The notes beneath the pieces are model-generated. The model ran no database searches, had not been told where the DNA came from, and was given only the letters and a program-made list of their open reading frames with translations. Made by a program: the position numbers and the translations under genes. A stretch of DNA of 64,000 nucleotides, taken from the NCBI GenBank assembly GCA_041736175.1, contig JBGSUI010000218.1:28905-92904 (forward strand). Direction: 5' to 3'. Shown here piece by piece: positions 40,046 through 49,091 of the stretch (the first letter of the stretch is position 1; every line of letters begins with the position of its first letter). The stretch comes from Oligoflexales bacterium. Its GTDB lineage: Bacteria; Bdellovibrionota_B; Oligoflexia; Oligoflexales; CAIYRB01.

Positions 40046-42301
40046 ATGAGACAATATAGCATGGTCAAAACATCAATAGAATGGGTCTTTGCTATCATCA
40101 CACTTATGTGCGTATCTTGTGGTGACAGAGGTCATCAGCGCGAGCCATCGCCCTCTACCGGAGACCAAGGCACTCCCCGCCCACCTACGACCGTTGAACA
40201 GGGAACTAAGGTCAACTTTGACACCCTACCTTACAATTTAACAATCGACAATGATCCACCTTGTCAAAGCATTGATGGTAGTCATAGCCTTGTTAACCTT
40301 AGGCCCCATTTTCCCGCCGAACTAGGATGGACGGATCTCCCTGAGTTAGATGCTTGGCCAAAAAAATCCTTGAACCTCTCCGATATTGAAGGTGATTCAT
40401 CTGAAGATTATGATTTATCCCAAATTGGGGCCGGGTTTCTTGAGGGTGACCTTATCATCAAGTGGAAGGACCCCGCTGCAAAAACCAAGGTGATAATCTG
40501 GGAATTTGGTTATTACTCTTCCAAGCAAGATAAGATTTTAAGGCTGGCTAAGACTTATCTGCTTGTCAAAGACAACGACATTACGATGTTTAGCAATGGG
40601 ACAAGCGAGCAACTCAAACCTATAGTCTCGCAAGTTTCTCAAAAATCCGGCCAAACAACATTAAGACTCTCCCTTAACCAAATAGAAAATGTTGCCACTT
40701 ATCCCGTTTGGTGGATTAGGGGCATACTCAAGCAGGGAAATGGCACAGGGGAGCAAATGGATACCACCCAAGGGCTCATGTTAAACTCACAATTTAATCA
40801 GGATGTTAGGCTGTTTTCAATCAGCCAATGCCATCTTAATTTGCCACCACCCTTTGATGGACGTGTGTCCGTTTTAAAGGACTCTCGATCAGTGGCGGAA
40901 GATGCTACAACATCGTTTTTTGAAAACAAATTTTTTACTCATTATCGAAAATTTGTTTCATTTGCCTTTCTATCCAATAAGATTGAAGCTTCTCGAAGCG
41001 TTTCATACCCGATTTTTCATTTAACCTCCAAAGACATTCAACCAATCGAAGGCTTTTGGAAAGGTGACTCCTTAAGCATTGATGATAATGCTGGCCTCAC
41101 AAGCTCTACCCTGGGATGGATTACAAACACCAAGGACTATGAAAGCCCGACCGACTCCTTTCCAGAGGCTACCTTACTTACTGGATTTTCCAAAATCATT
41201 ACAGAACAGTTTTTGAGGGAAGGGTGGGGATCTGCTCCGATAGAAATCTTGGAGCTTGGTAAGAGCTTTTTGTTTTCGAAATGGGCCGCCAATCTTTTAG
41301 GAAACCGCTATTGGCTTGAGTATATTGCTAGCACCAAGGATAGCGAAAATTTCGTTGATGGAAAATTGCCAAGGGAAATCGAACCATCCTTGGGTTTTAA
41401 AAGATCCAGCATCCTGCTGGGGGATTATATAGGGGTTCGAGAATTTCTTTTGGCATGGAATGCTATGAAGCTGATTGATCCTGTAACCCTGGCAGAGGGC
41501 CTTTCTGAGATTGCGATTCAGTTTTCCGAAAAACTCGCCGCATATTTGGATAAATTTGACAATAAGGTCCCCCTTCTCAGCGGGTGGATGATTCCTGGTC
41601 CTTTTAGCCCACTCTTAGAACCTTCTCTTTTAAACGATACTGATGGTGACGGCTTGCCTTCGTTCCTCGAACATAAATTAGGTACCGACCCATCAAAAAG
41701 GGATAGTGACCAGGACCACTGGGATGATGCTGGAGAATGGCTCCTCAATCATTCGCCTATCAATTTTTCCGATACTCCCAATATCATAGTGGCCGATGGC
41801 GATTTTGGTGATTGGCAAAAGCTAATCCCTAGGCGCATCCATGTAGACCGTGGAAGAAGTGGCGCATGTTCTGTTAAGGCCGATATCGAATTGTACGCCG
41901 CTATGGCAAGACCAGATTCCGTGATAGTCGGAGCCTATGTGACTGAATTCTGGGACGGAGACAAGGACGCGGTCTGGGAAGTGGATCTGGATATCACAAG
42001 CGCAAAAAAACGCTTTATGCTCACTGCTGCTGGGGGTTCCCATAGGATTTATTTAGATACCGTGACTGGTGGAGAAGGGAATGTTCCATTGCAGCGAAGC
42101 CACCATAGGACCTTTCATAGCGGATATATTCTCGCCCATAGGGTTTTTGAATTTTCTTTACACCAAAGGGACTTAGATATCACTAGCAAACTTGACACTC
42201 CTGAGGCTATAAAGGTCCGAATCAGAACCCGATATCCAGCCACTAACCCTCAGTTTTGTGATGAAACCGAGTGGTTTGAGCCCGTCTTGTCCTCAAATTG
42301 A
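40046..42301 (+). CDS. Large hypothetical lipoprotein with DxDxDG calcium-binding repeats
   Basis: Lipobox CVSC; DTDGDGLP...GTDPSKRDSDQDHWDD; following ADGDFGDW beta-rich module. Confidence 0.7.
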   Translation: MRQYSMVKTSIEWVFAIITLMCVSCGDRGHQREPSPSTGDQGTPRPPTTVEQGTKVNFDTLPYNLTIDNDPPCQSIDGSHSLVNLRPHFPAELGWTDLPELDAWPKKSLNLSDIEGDSSEDYDLSQIGAGFLEGDLIIKWKDPAAKTKVIIWEFGYYSSKQDKILRLAKTYLLVKDNDITMFSNGTSEQLKPIVSQVSQKSGQTTLRLSLNQIENVATYPVWWIRGILKQGNGTGEQMDTTQGLMLNSQFNQDVRLFSISQCHLNLPPPFDGRVSVLKDSRSVAEDATTSFFENKFFTHYRKFVSFAFLSNKIEASRSVSYPIFHLTSKDIQPIEGFWKGDSLSIDDNAGLTSSTLGWITNTKDYESPTDSFPEATLLTGFSKIITEQFLREGWGSAPIEILELGKSFLFSKWAANLLGNRYWLEYIASTKDSENFVDGKLPREIEPSLGFKRSSILLGDYIGVREFLLAWNAMKLIDPVTLAEGLSEIAIQFSEKLAAYLDKFDNKVPLLSGWMIPGPFSPLLEPSLLNDTDGDGLPSFLEHKLGTDPSKRDSDQDHWDDAGEWLLNHSPINFSDTPNIIVADGDFGDWQKLIPRRIHVDRGRSGACSVKADIELYAAMARPDSVIVGAYVTEFWDGDKDAVWEVDLDITSAKKRFMLTAAGGSHRIYLDTVTGGEGNVPLQRSHHRTFHSGYILAHRVFEFSLHQRDLDITSKLDTPEAIKVRIRTRYPATNPQFCDETEWFEPVLSSN

Positions 42302-42331
42302 GACCCCTCAACAACTAAAAACCTCCTCCGG

Positions 42332-42724
42332 CTATCTCACGGGCGTCGGGTTCCGTGCTTGCACAGTCTCTATCACCTGCTCTAGAACGATTTTATCTGC
42401 TTTTGGAACTTCGACAAAAACTCCACCCAATCGGCAGCGATCTGGGTCATACCATCGACATTGTCCCAAGACGATTAGGCGGCTCGGTGCATAGATCCCA
42501 ATGGGTGCTAACGGGATAGAAATCCAAAATATCTGCCCCTTTTTTGCCTTAGCCTCCCCCGTAAACTCTGCTTTAAATCCCCCAAGACTGATGTCTAAAA
42601 GGACTGCGCTCTGGACAAAAAAAGGCAGATTTTTAAAGCGTCGAATCTCTACCAACGTATGAGAAGAAAAGCGGTTTGGACGGTTGGGCTGGCTTTTTTG
42701 TGCGAGTTCCGACAAACTTTCCAC
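42332..42724 (-). CDS. PilZ domain protein
   Basis: NRPNRF and LLDISLGG motifs; C-terminal GQCRW...LGGVF. Confidence 0.8.
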   Translation of the reverse strand: MESLSELAQKSQPNRPNRFSSHTLVEIRRFKNLPFFVQSAVLLDISLGGFKAEFTGEAKAKKGQIFWISIPLAPIGIYAPSRLIVLGQCRWYDPDRCRLGGVFVEVPKADKIVLEQVIETVQARNPTPVR

Positions 42725-42952
42725 CCTTTTTGCTTGGAGTAAATTAATAGTTCTATATTCCGTGTTTGACCCAATCGATTATATCAGAATCGTTTGATCT
42801 TGGCTTTTAGGTTTTCACAACAATCTACCGATTACATTCTACGTGAGTTGGTGTCATCATAGCTGCGCACCATTGCGGTGCGGATTTCTCTACGGGAACA
42901 AAGAAAACGGAATCAAAATATCGAACATTTACAGCGAGGTATCCTGGAACTT

Positions 42953-44218
42953 ATGTACTGCGACGAATTGCCTTCTAGGGTCCGCGTTTTGGTATTGGGC
43001 GGTGGTATTCATGGGATGGGAGTTCTCCATGATCTTGCATCACGAGGGTGGAAGGATATTCATCTCTTAGAAAAGGACTCCATTGCCTCTGGTACGAGCT
43101 CTCGGTCCACCAAACTCATCCATGGAGGTCTGAGATACCTCAAACGCGTCACTGATTTTGGACTCGTTATGGAAGCACTGCACGAGCGCCGGCTGTTGCA
43201 GCAGCTTGTTCCCGACCTAGTTAAACCAATGGAGTTTCTGTTTCCCATCGTCAAACATGCGGGAATGCCCCAATGGCAAGTCAAATGCGGCCTGTTTCTT
43301 TACGATGCCCTCTCGGGTCGACAAAATATCGGCAAACACCAGTTTCTGGATACCCAGCAATTACTCGACAAAGCTCCTATCTTAAATAGTTCCCTTATAT
43401 CTTCTGGATACTCCTTTTGGGACTCACAGACAGATGACCTTAGTTTAGTCCATCGGGTTGCCGCTTCTGCAAAGCACCTCGGCGCTGGAATTTCCGAACG
43501 CACCCTGGTCCAGTCTATCCGAGCAACCGATGATGGCTGGAAAGCGTTTGTCACTGATCCCTCTGGAATGACAAAAGAAATCAGTGCTCTCTACTTAGTT
43601 AATGCCTTAGGACCATGGGCAAATGCCATCTTAGAAGAAAGCGGAATTGCTCCTACACACAAAGCTATAAACAACAAAGGATCACATCTTATTTTTGATG
43701 ATATCGGGCTTAAATACGGACTATTTCTGCAGTCTTTGAAAGGCGATGATCGCATATTCTTTTTACTCCCCTGGCTAGGCAAAACCCTTCTTGGAACAAC
43801 AGAACTTCTTTACGAAGACTCCTTAGAAAACGTACAGATATCTGACGAAGAAGTTCACTATTTGCTAGATAATGTGAATGCTCTCTTAAAAAAGCCTCTC
43901 CTCGAAAAAGACATTAACTATACTTTTTCTGGACTTCGTTGGTTGCCTTTAGAACGCGGCTACGATATTTCCCAGACGTCGAGATCCCATATCATCGGCG
44001 AGATCCCCTGCCGCCGAGGCCTCCTTTTGACCGTCTATGGGGGCAAACTCACAACCTATCGAACCCTTTCTGCCACCATTGGCGATCGAATCCTCAAACA
44101 TTTTGGGGAATACCAACAAAGCAAGACAAGCCTTTTAGAAAGTTGGGTTTTAGGCGATCAGCATTTATCGCCTCAGTTTGATAGGAGATTTCAGATTTAT
44201 ACACCCAGGAAAGCGTGA
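42953..44218 (+). CDS. glpD: FAD-dependent glycerol-3-phosphate dehydrogenase (short form)
   Basis: LGGGIHG, SGTSSRSTKLIHGGLRYL, KGSHL, GTTE and GGKLTTYR; probable start MYCDEL. Confidence 0.9.
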   Translation: MYCDELPSRVRVLVLGGGIHGMGVLHDLASRGWKDIHLLEKDSIASGTSSRSTKLIHGGLRYLKRVTDFGLVMEALHERRLLQQLVPDLVKPMEFLFPIVKHAGMPQWQVKCGLFLYDALSGRQNIGKHQFLDTQQLLDKAPILNSSLISSGYSFWDSQTDDLSLVHRVAASAKHLGAGISERTLVQSIRATDDGWKAFVTDPSGMTKEISALYLVNALGPWANAILEESGIAPTHKAINNKGSHLIFDDIGLKYGLFLQSLKGDDRIFFLLPWLGKTLLGTTELLYEDSLENVQISDEEVHYLLDNVNALLKKPLLEKDINYTFSGLRWLPLERGYDISQTSRSHIIGEIPCRRGLLLTVYGGKLTTYRTLSATIGDRILKHFGEYQQSKTSLLESWVLGDQHLSPQFDRRFQIYTPRKA

Positions 44219-45027
44219 CCATGCCTAAACCGAGACGTCCTTATGGAGCCCTTATCGACAGCCTCTCAAAAGTCTGGAAGATCAGGCCCGTAGACGACTC
44301 CGATGCTTTTCTCTTAGCCGGAACAGCCAGTCTCCCCTGTTTGCAAAGCCAGGACCTAAAGATCGCCGTCTGGAACCTCTGTAAGGGTTCTGGAGGCTAT
44401 CAGTTTGAACATGACTTCAAATCTATAAGTCGTCGTAACGATCTTATTCTCACCCAAGAAGCCCTTTTGTCGCCCCGGTCTATCAAGACATTTTTAGCAC
44501 CAGGGTTTGCCCTCACCCATGCCGCATCTTATGCCCGAACCGATGGGCTGCGAGATGGAGTGATGACGATCTCTAGGAGTTGTAGTGACAGTTCTTACCT
44601 GCGCAGAATTCGGTGTAAGTATCCAGAGCCTTTTTTAAAAACCCCTAAAGTTGCCCTCGTCCAAAAATTTCCGCTCGCGGGGCAAGACCACCAACTCTTG
44701 GTCATCAATATCCATGCGACCCTTATTCGCTCCGTGAAAGCGACCATTGAAGAAATGCAGCACATCATCAGCTTTTTGCCACAACATGATGGGCCCGTGA
44801 TTTTTGCTGGTGACTTTAACACCTTTAGTTCTAAATACCTGAAAGCTATTTGCCAAGAGCTAAGGGTCTATGGATTAAATCTAGTCCCCATCGAAAACGA
44901 TCCAAGAGCTAGGACCCAAGCCCTAGATCAGGTTTTTGTGAGGGATTTGAAAGTGAAATCCATCAAAATTGAGGACTCTTACTTGAACTCAGATCATTTT
45001 CCAATTTTCTTATCCGTCTCCACTTAG
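44215..45027 (+). CDS. Endonuclease/exonuclease/phosphatase family protein (YafD-like)
   Basis: WNLCKG, TQEA, INIHA, AGDFNT, LDQVF and SDHFPI; GTGA overlap with glpD. Confidence 0.88.
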   Translation: MTMPKPRRPYGALIDSLSKVWKIRPVDDSDAFLLAGTASLPCLQSQDLKIAVWNLCKGSGGYQFEHDFKSISRRNDLILTQEALLSPRSIKTFLAPGFALTHAASYARTDGLRDGVMTISRSCSDSSYLRRIRCKYPEPFLKTPKVALVQKFPLAGQDHQLLVINIHATLIRSVKATIEEMQHIISFLPQHDGPVIFAGDFNTFSSKYLKAICQELRVYGLNLVPIENDPRARTQALDQVFVRDLKVKSIKIEDSYLNSDHFPIFLSVST

Positions 45028-45057
45028 TTTTGTGTTTCCACAAGATTGGTTTCGATC

Positions 45058-47037
45058 TCACTCATGTTCCTTCTCCTTGTTAAAACGGCCAGAGACTTGG
45101 TCAATCTCTTCGCCCAACTCGATCCATTGATTTTCATGGCTGGCAATGCGTTGGTGCAATTCTAGCTGTTCTTTATGGCACTCTCTAATTTTTTGATGAT
45201 TTTCTGGAGATGTCTCCACCATGATCTCGTCTAGGATTTTAAGCCTGGACTTCATTTTGTTGATTTCTTCATCTAAAGAAGCTTGTTTTTTCTCAGCCCT
45301 CTGTATCTTAGACTTTAATTCTTTAGCCTCCTGGTGGCTCAGGTTTGTCCCGCGCTTTTCAGCTTTTTTTGATCCTGAACCACTGTGGCTTTTTTGGTTA
45401 TCAATTTCTACTTTCAAAACATTTGGAAATCCACTTGTGGCCGCGAGCGCTTCATAATCCGCTAGCTTACCAGGAAACAGTCGGGAGCGGCCATCTGGCA
45501 ACATCGCAAAAACATGGGTACAGACTCCCTCTATAAACGTCCTGTCATGGGAAACAAACACCATCGTACCCTCAAACTCATCGAGGGCACTGATGAGACC
45601 CTCTACGGTCGCCATATCCAGATGGTTGGTTGGTTCGTCGAGGAGCAGCAGTCCACTCCGCTTGGAAACAGCACAGGCAAGCCCCACCCTCGACAGCTCT
45701 CCACCGGATAAGACCGAGACCTTTTTAAAGACGTCATCACCCCGAAACATAAATCCACCCAATAGATTTCGGCTTTCCTTTTCGCCAAGCCCCGTCTGGC
45801 TCATAAACTGCTCTAGAATGGTCCGGTCCCCCAACAAAACCTCCGACTGGTCTTGGGAGAAATAGGCGACCTTTAACGAAGGACAGGGAATCACCTTTCC
45901 TTGAATCGCGGGTATGACTCCAGCAAGGGTTTTTAAAAAGGTGGACTTCCCGATTCCATTGGCACCAATCACCGCTATTTTATAACCCTTTTCTACGGTG
46001 CATTCGATATGCTCTGCTAAGGGCTTGCCATAACCGATCGCTAGGTCTTCTACCTCTGTGACTAGTCTTGGAGTTTTGACAGGACTCGGTAGATCGATAG
46101 AAAAACTATAATTTGCTTGATTTGTATCCAGCGAATCCTCAAGGTCACGGATTCGTGCAATCATCTTGACCCTTGATTGGGCCTGTCGTGCTTTACTAGC
46201 TTTCGCACCAAACCGCTTAACGAAGTCCTCCATTGCTTCACGTCGTTGCTTAAGCTGCTCAGAACGGGCCCGCTCCTGCTCCATTTGTGCCTCTCTCTGC
46301 TCCAAAAATTGGTCAAAATTTCCGCGGTAGGGCGTCAACTTTCCGGATTCTAAGAAAAGCACCATCGTCGGCAACCTATTTAACAGCTCGCGATCATGGG
46401 AAACAAATAAGAGCGTTCCTCGATAACCCATCAACCAGTTTTCGATCCAAACCAGACTTGGTAAGTCAAGGTGGTTGGTAGGCTCATCGAGTACGAGAAA
46501 ATCTGGCTCGGCAATCAAAAGGCGTGCCAACTCAAGTCGCATACGCCAGCCTCCCGAAAGGGTTTGGGGGGCAACATCCTGACCGTTTTCCTTAAACCCC
46601 AATCCCTTTAAGATAGCAACTGCTTTCGACTCGATGCTGTATCCATCTAAGAGTCTAAACTCAGATTCTGCATCTTCGTATTGCTGGAGAATCCTATCAT
46701 GATCGTCTTCATTCTGTTCCGCTTCCACCAACAAAATCGCCATTAGCTTTTGCAGTTCCATCACCCTTTTATTGCCTGCCATAGCTTCTTCAAGCACCGA
46801 AGGCTCTGGGTTAGGATTGGGAGATTGGGGCAGATACCCAATCTTTATTTTTTGCGGCACTAAAACAGTGCCATCATCTGCAGGTTCTAAACCTGTTATG
46901 ATATTTAACAGGGTTGTTTTTCCAGCACCGTTGGCACCTACCAAGGCCAGGCGCTCTCCACTGGGAAACTGATATTTAACATTGGCAAAAAGTGTCTTGG
47001 TACCAAACGACTTCTCTATATTCACTAACTGAATCAA
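45058..47037 (-). CDS. ABC-F family ATPase (YheS/Uup-like)
   Basis: Two NBDs (GANGAGKT, LSGGW, LDEPTNHLD; GANGIGKS, LSGGE), no TM, C-terminal coiled coil; TTG 47037 follows a GAGGGA RBS. Confidence 0.93.
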   Translation of the reverse strand: MIQLVNIEKSFGTKTLFANVKYQFPSGERLALVGANGAGKTTLLNIITGLEPADDGTVLVPQKIKIGYLPQSPNPNPEPSVLEEAMAGNKRVMELQKLMAILLVEAEQNEDDHDRILQQYEDAESEFRLLDGYSIESKAVAILKGLGFKENGQDVAPQTLSGGWRMRLELARLLIAEPDFLVLDEPTNHLDLPSLVWIENWLMGYRGTLLFVSHDRELLNRLPTMVLFLESGKLTPYRGNFDQFLEQREAQMEQERARSEQLKQRREAMEDFVKRFGAKASKARQAQSRVKMIARIRDLEDSLDTNQANYSFSIDLPSPVKTPRLVTEVEDLAIGYGKPLAEHIECTVEKGYKIAVIGANGIGKSTFLKTLAGVIPAIQGKVIPCPSLKVAYFSQDQSEVLLGDRTILEQFMSQTGLGEKESRNLLGGFMFRGDDVFKKVSVLSGGELSRVGLACAVSKRSGLLLLDEPTNHLDMATVEGLISALDEFEGTMVFVSHDRTFIEGVCTHVFAMLPDGRSRLFPGKLADYEALAATSGFPNVLKVEIDNQKSHSGSGSKKAEKRGTNLSHQEAKELKSKIQRAEKKQASLDEEINKMKSRLKILDEIMVETSPENHQKIRECHKEQLELHQRIASHENQWIELGEEIDQVSGRFNKEKEHE

Positions 47038-47066
47038 TGGTGTATCCCTCAATTTACTCTGAATCT

Positions 47067-48131
47067 CTAGCTTTTTCTGTCTTGACAAAACCCATCAAGG
47101 GCCTTGTCCGGCTCTCCTAGAGCTTCTACCTTTTCCTCTAATGCTTTTAAAAACTTGGCTATGGACCGTCCGGATCGATCGAAACATCGATGGGCTTTTT
47201 CAAATCTTTCTCGATCCGGAGCATACAGGACCGCTGCCAATATTGAAGCATTATTCCACGTCTCTTTACTCACTAAGTCGACCACTTCAAATTTAGGGAC
47301 CTTACTCCCTTGCACATACTTTGAAATCGTCGCCGCCTTTATCTTTAACGTCTCCGTTTTAGATTTCGTGGTCGCATAAACCCGCTCCAACTCAGACTTC
47401 AGTTCTACAAGCCACTGCCTCAGTCGCTCTCTGTCCCGAAGACGAGCTTGGTATTCTGGGATTTCGCTTGCTAAAGAAATATCCTCTAAATACTTAATCG
47501 TTAGGAGATGCCCTATATATTCTGCTAAATTTTCATTAAATTCTGCAGAGCCCTGAATCCAAAGGGTGCGATGGGTTAGTTCATGAAACAAAAGATGCGC
47601 AAGAGAGGGGTATGATCGCTGGATCATCGAACTAAAGAGAGGATCCTGAAACCAGCCTAGACTACTATAAGCCCCCGCTGCACCCCGTTTAACATCATAG
47701 CCCTCTTGTTCTAATTCCGCAGCTAACTCGTCCCGTTCCCCCTTATCGTAAAATCCAATATAGGGAACATCTCCAACCACAGGAAACCACCACGTCTTAA
47801 ATTTAAGCTGATCAGCCTCTGCCGCTTGGACCAAATAAGACACAACCGGAGACTTTGTCTCAATAAAGGATTCATAGGAGTCCTCCACATTAAGACCTTC
47901 TTTGCGGGCATACTCGAGGATATTGATCACTCTCTTAAGTCGGTCCCTGGTGACCGATGATGTGTTCGTATCTTGAATAACCTCATTGAGATCTCGGCGC
48001 TGGCTCAAGAGACCAGCATGATGCCAGGCCTGACGGGTTATATAGCACCCTGACACCAGCACAGCCCAACAGGTAACCAAGAATAGTGGCCACAACTTCG
48101 CTGACAACTCCAAGACCAGTTTAAGGTACAT
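47067..48131 (-). CDS. Putative zinc aminopeptidase lipoprotein (Aminopep/DUF2265-like)
   Basis: Lipobox LVSGC; WWFPVVG.VPY, AYSSLGWF.DP and FHELTH...FNENLA. Confidence 0.88.
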   Translation of the reverse strand: MYLKLVLELSAKLWPLFLVTCWAVLVSGCYITRQAWHHAGLLSQRRDLNEVIQDTNTSSVTRDRLKRVINILEYARKEGLNVEDSYESFIETKSPVVSYLVQAAEADQLKFKTWWFPVVGDVPYIGFYDKGERDELAAELEQEGYDVKRGAAGAYSSLGWFQDPLFSSMIQRSYPSLAHLLFHELTHRTLWIQGSAEFNENLAEYIGHLLTIKYLEDISLASEIPEYQARLRDRERLRQWLVELKSELERVYATTKSKTETLKIKAATISKYVQGSKVPKFEVVDLVSKETWNNASILAAVLYAPDRERFEKAHRCFDRSGRSIAKFLKALEEKVEALGEPDKALDGFCQDRKS

Positions 48132-49074
48132 GGTGATTATCCAGGTACCCTTTTCGTTTGAAGAGCCACAGTACCATGGTACCAATCGCTCCCATAAGCC
48201 CAAGCGTGAAATAGTACCCATTGGGACTCTTTAACTCTGGCATGTTTTCAAAATTCATTCCATAAATGCTCGCGATAAAATTGAGCGGCAGGAAGAACGC
48301 CGAAAAAACCGTCAAAAATCGCATAACCTCATTGATTTTTGAAGAGGATTGGTTGGATTGCTTCGCAAGGATTGCCAAATGAAGGCTGAGTAAATTGTCG
48401 ACGTTGCTTATGATATCCTCAGCGTAAAAATTCAAGCGGCTGCATTTTTGGCTCATTCTATTAAAATAAGGCAGACTCGCTTCGGGGAGACTCTCGCCAA
48501 GGCTTTCAAAGATATCTGCGGTCAGTCGCAAAATATGGCTACAAAGGTGCGCCCTTCGGCGCAAATAGTACCCTTGGTCAAAGAGGGATTGGCTGTGTTG
48601 GATGTCAAAGGTTCTCGTTTCGATAAGTGCGAGGACATGATTCATATCTTGGATCAGGGGCTCATAGGAATCTATCACGCCTTTGATGATATCGATAAAC
48701 AACCGCGCTACAAGGTCCTTTTTTGCAAACGGATCTTGCCAACGTGTCCTAAGTTCAGCCAAAAAATCTATCTCCAGACGATGCACGGTGACGATCACAT
48801 CTGGCAAGACAAAAATAGCTATCTTCCGCGAAAGCTGCTGGGCCGTCGTTTCTCGTCCAGTCGACTTGGAATCAAATGCCCGCAAGATGACAAAAGACGA
48901 CTCGCCAAAAGTATCATGTTTAGGCAAGTGCTCAGGCTCAAGACAGTCGAGTAAGGCCGCCTTGTGGAGTTTAAATCGCTCCGCAAGGCTATTTAGCTCT
49001 AGGTCTGTGGGTTGGATCACATCCACCCACGTTAGGTTTTCATTTTCTCTATTAAGATTAATCTCAGTAATCAT
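48121..49074 (-). CDS. corA: CorA family Mg2+/Co2+ transporter
   Basis: NEVMRFLTV...FLPL...YGMNFENMPEL and two C-terminal TMs. Confidence 0.92.
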   Translation of the reverse strand: MITEINLNRENENLTWVDVIQPTDLELNSLAERFKLHKAALLDCLEPEHLPKHDTFGESSFVILRAFDSKSTGRETTAQQLSRKIAIFVLPDVIVTVHRLEIDFLAELRTRWQDPFAKKDLVARLFIDIIKGVIDSYEPLIQDMNHVLALIETRTFDIQHSQSLFDQGYYLRRRAHLCSHILRLTADIFESLGESLPEASLPYFNRMSQKCSRLNFYAEDIISNVDNLLSLHLAILAKQSNQSSSKINEVMRFLTVFSAFFLPLNFIASIYGMNFENMPELKSPNGYYFTLGLMGAIGTMVLWLFKRKGYLDNHHVP

Positions 49075-49091
49075 TCAGGACTCTAGTAAGA

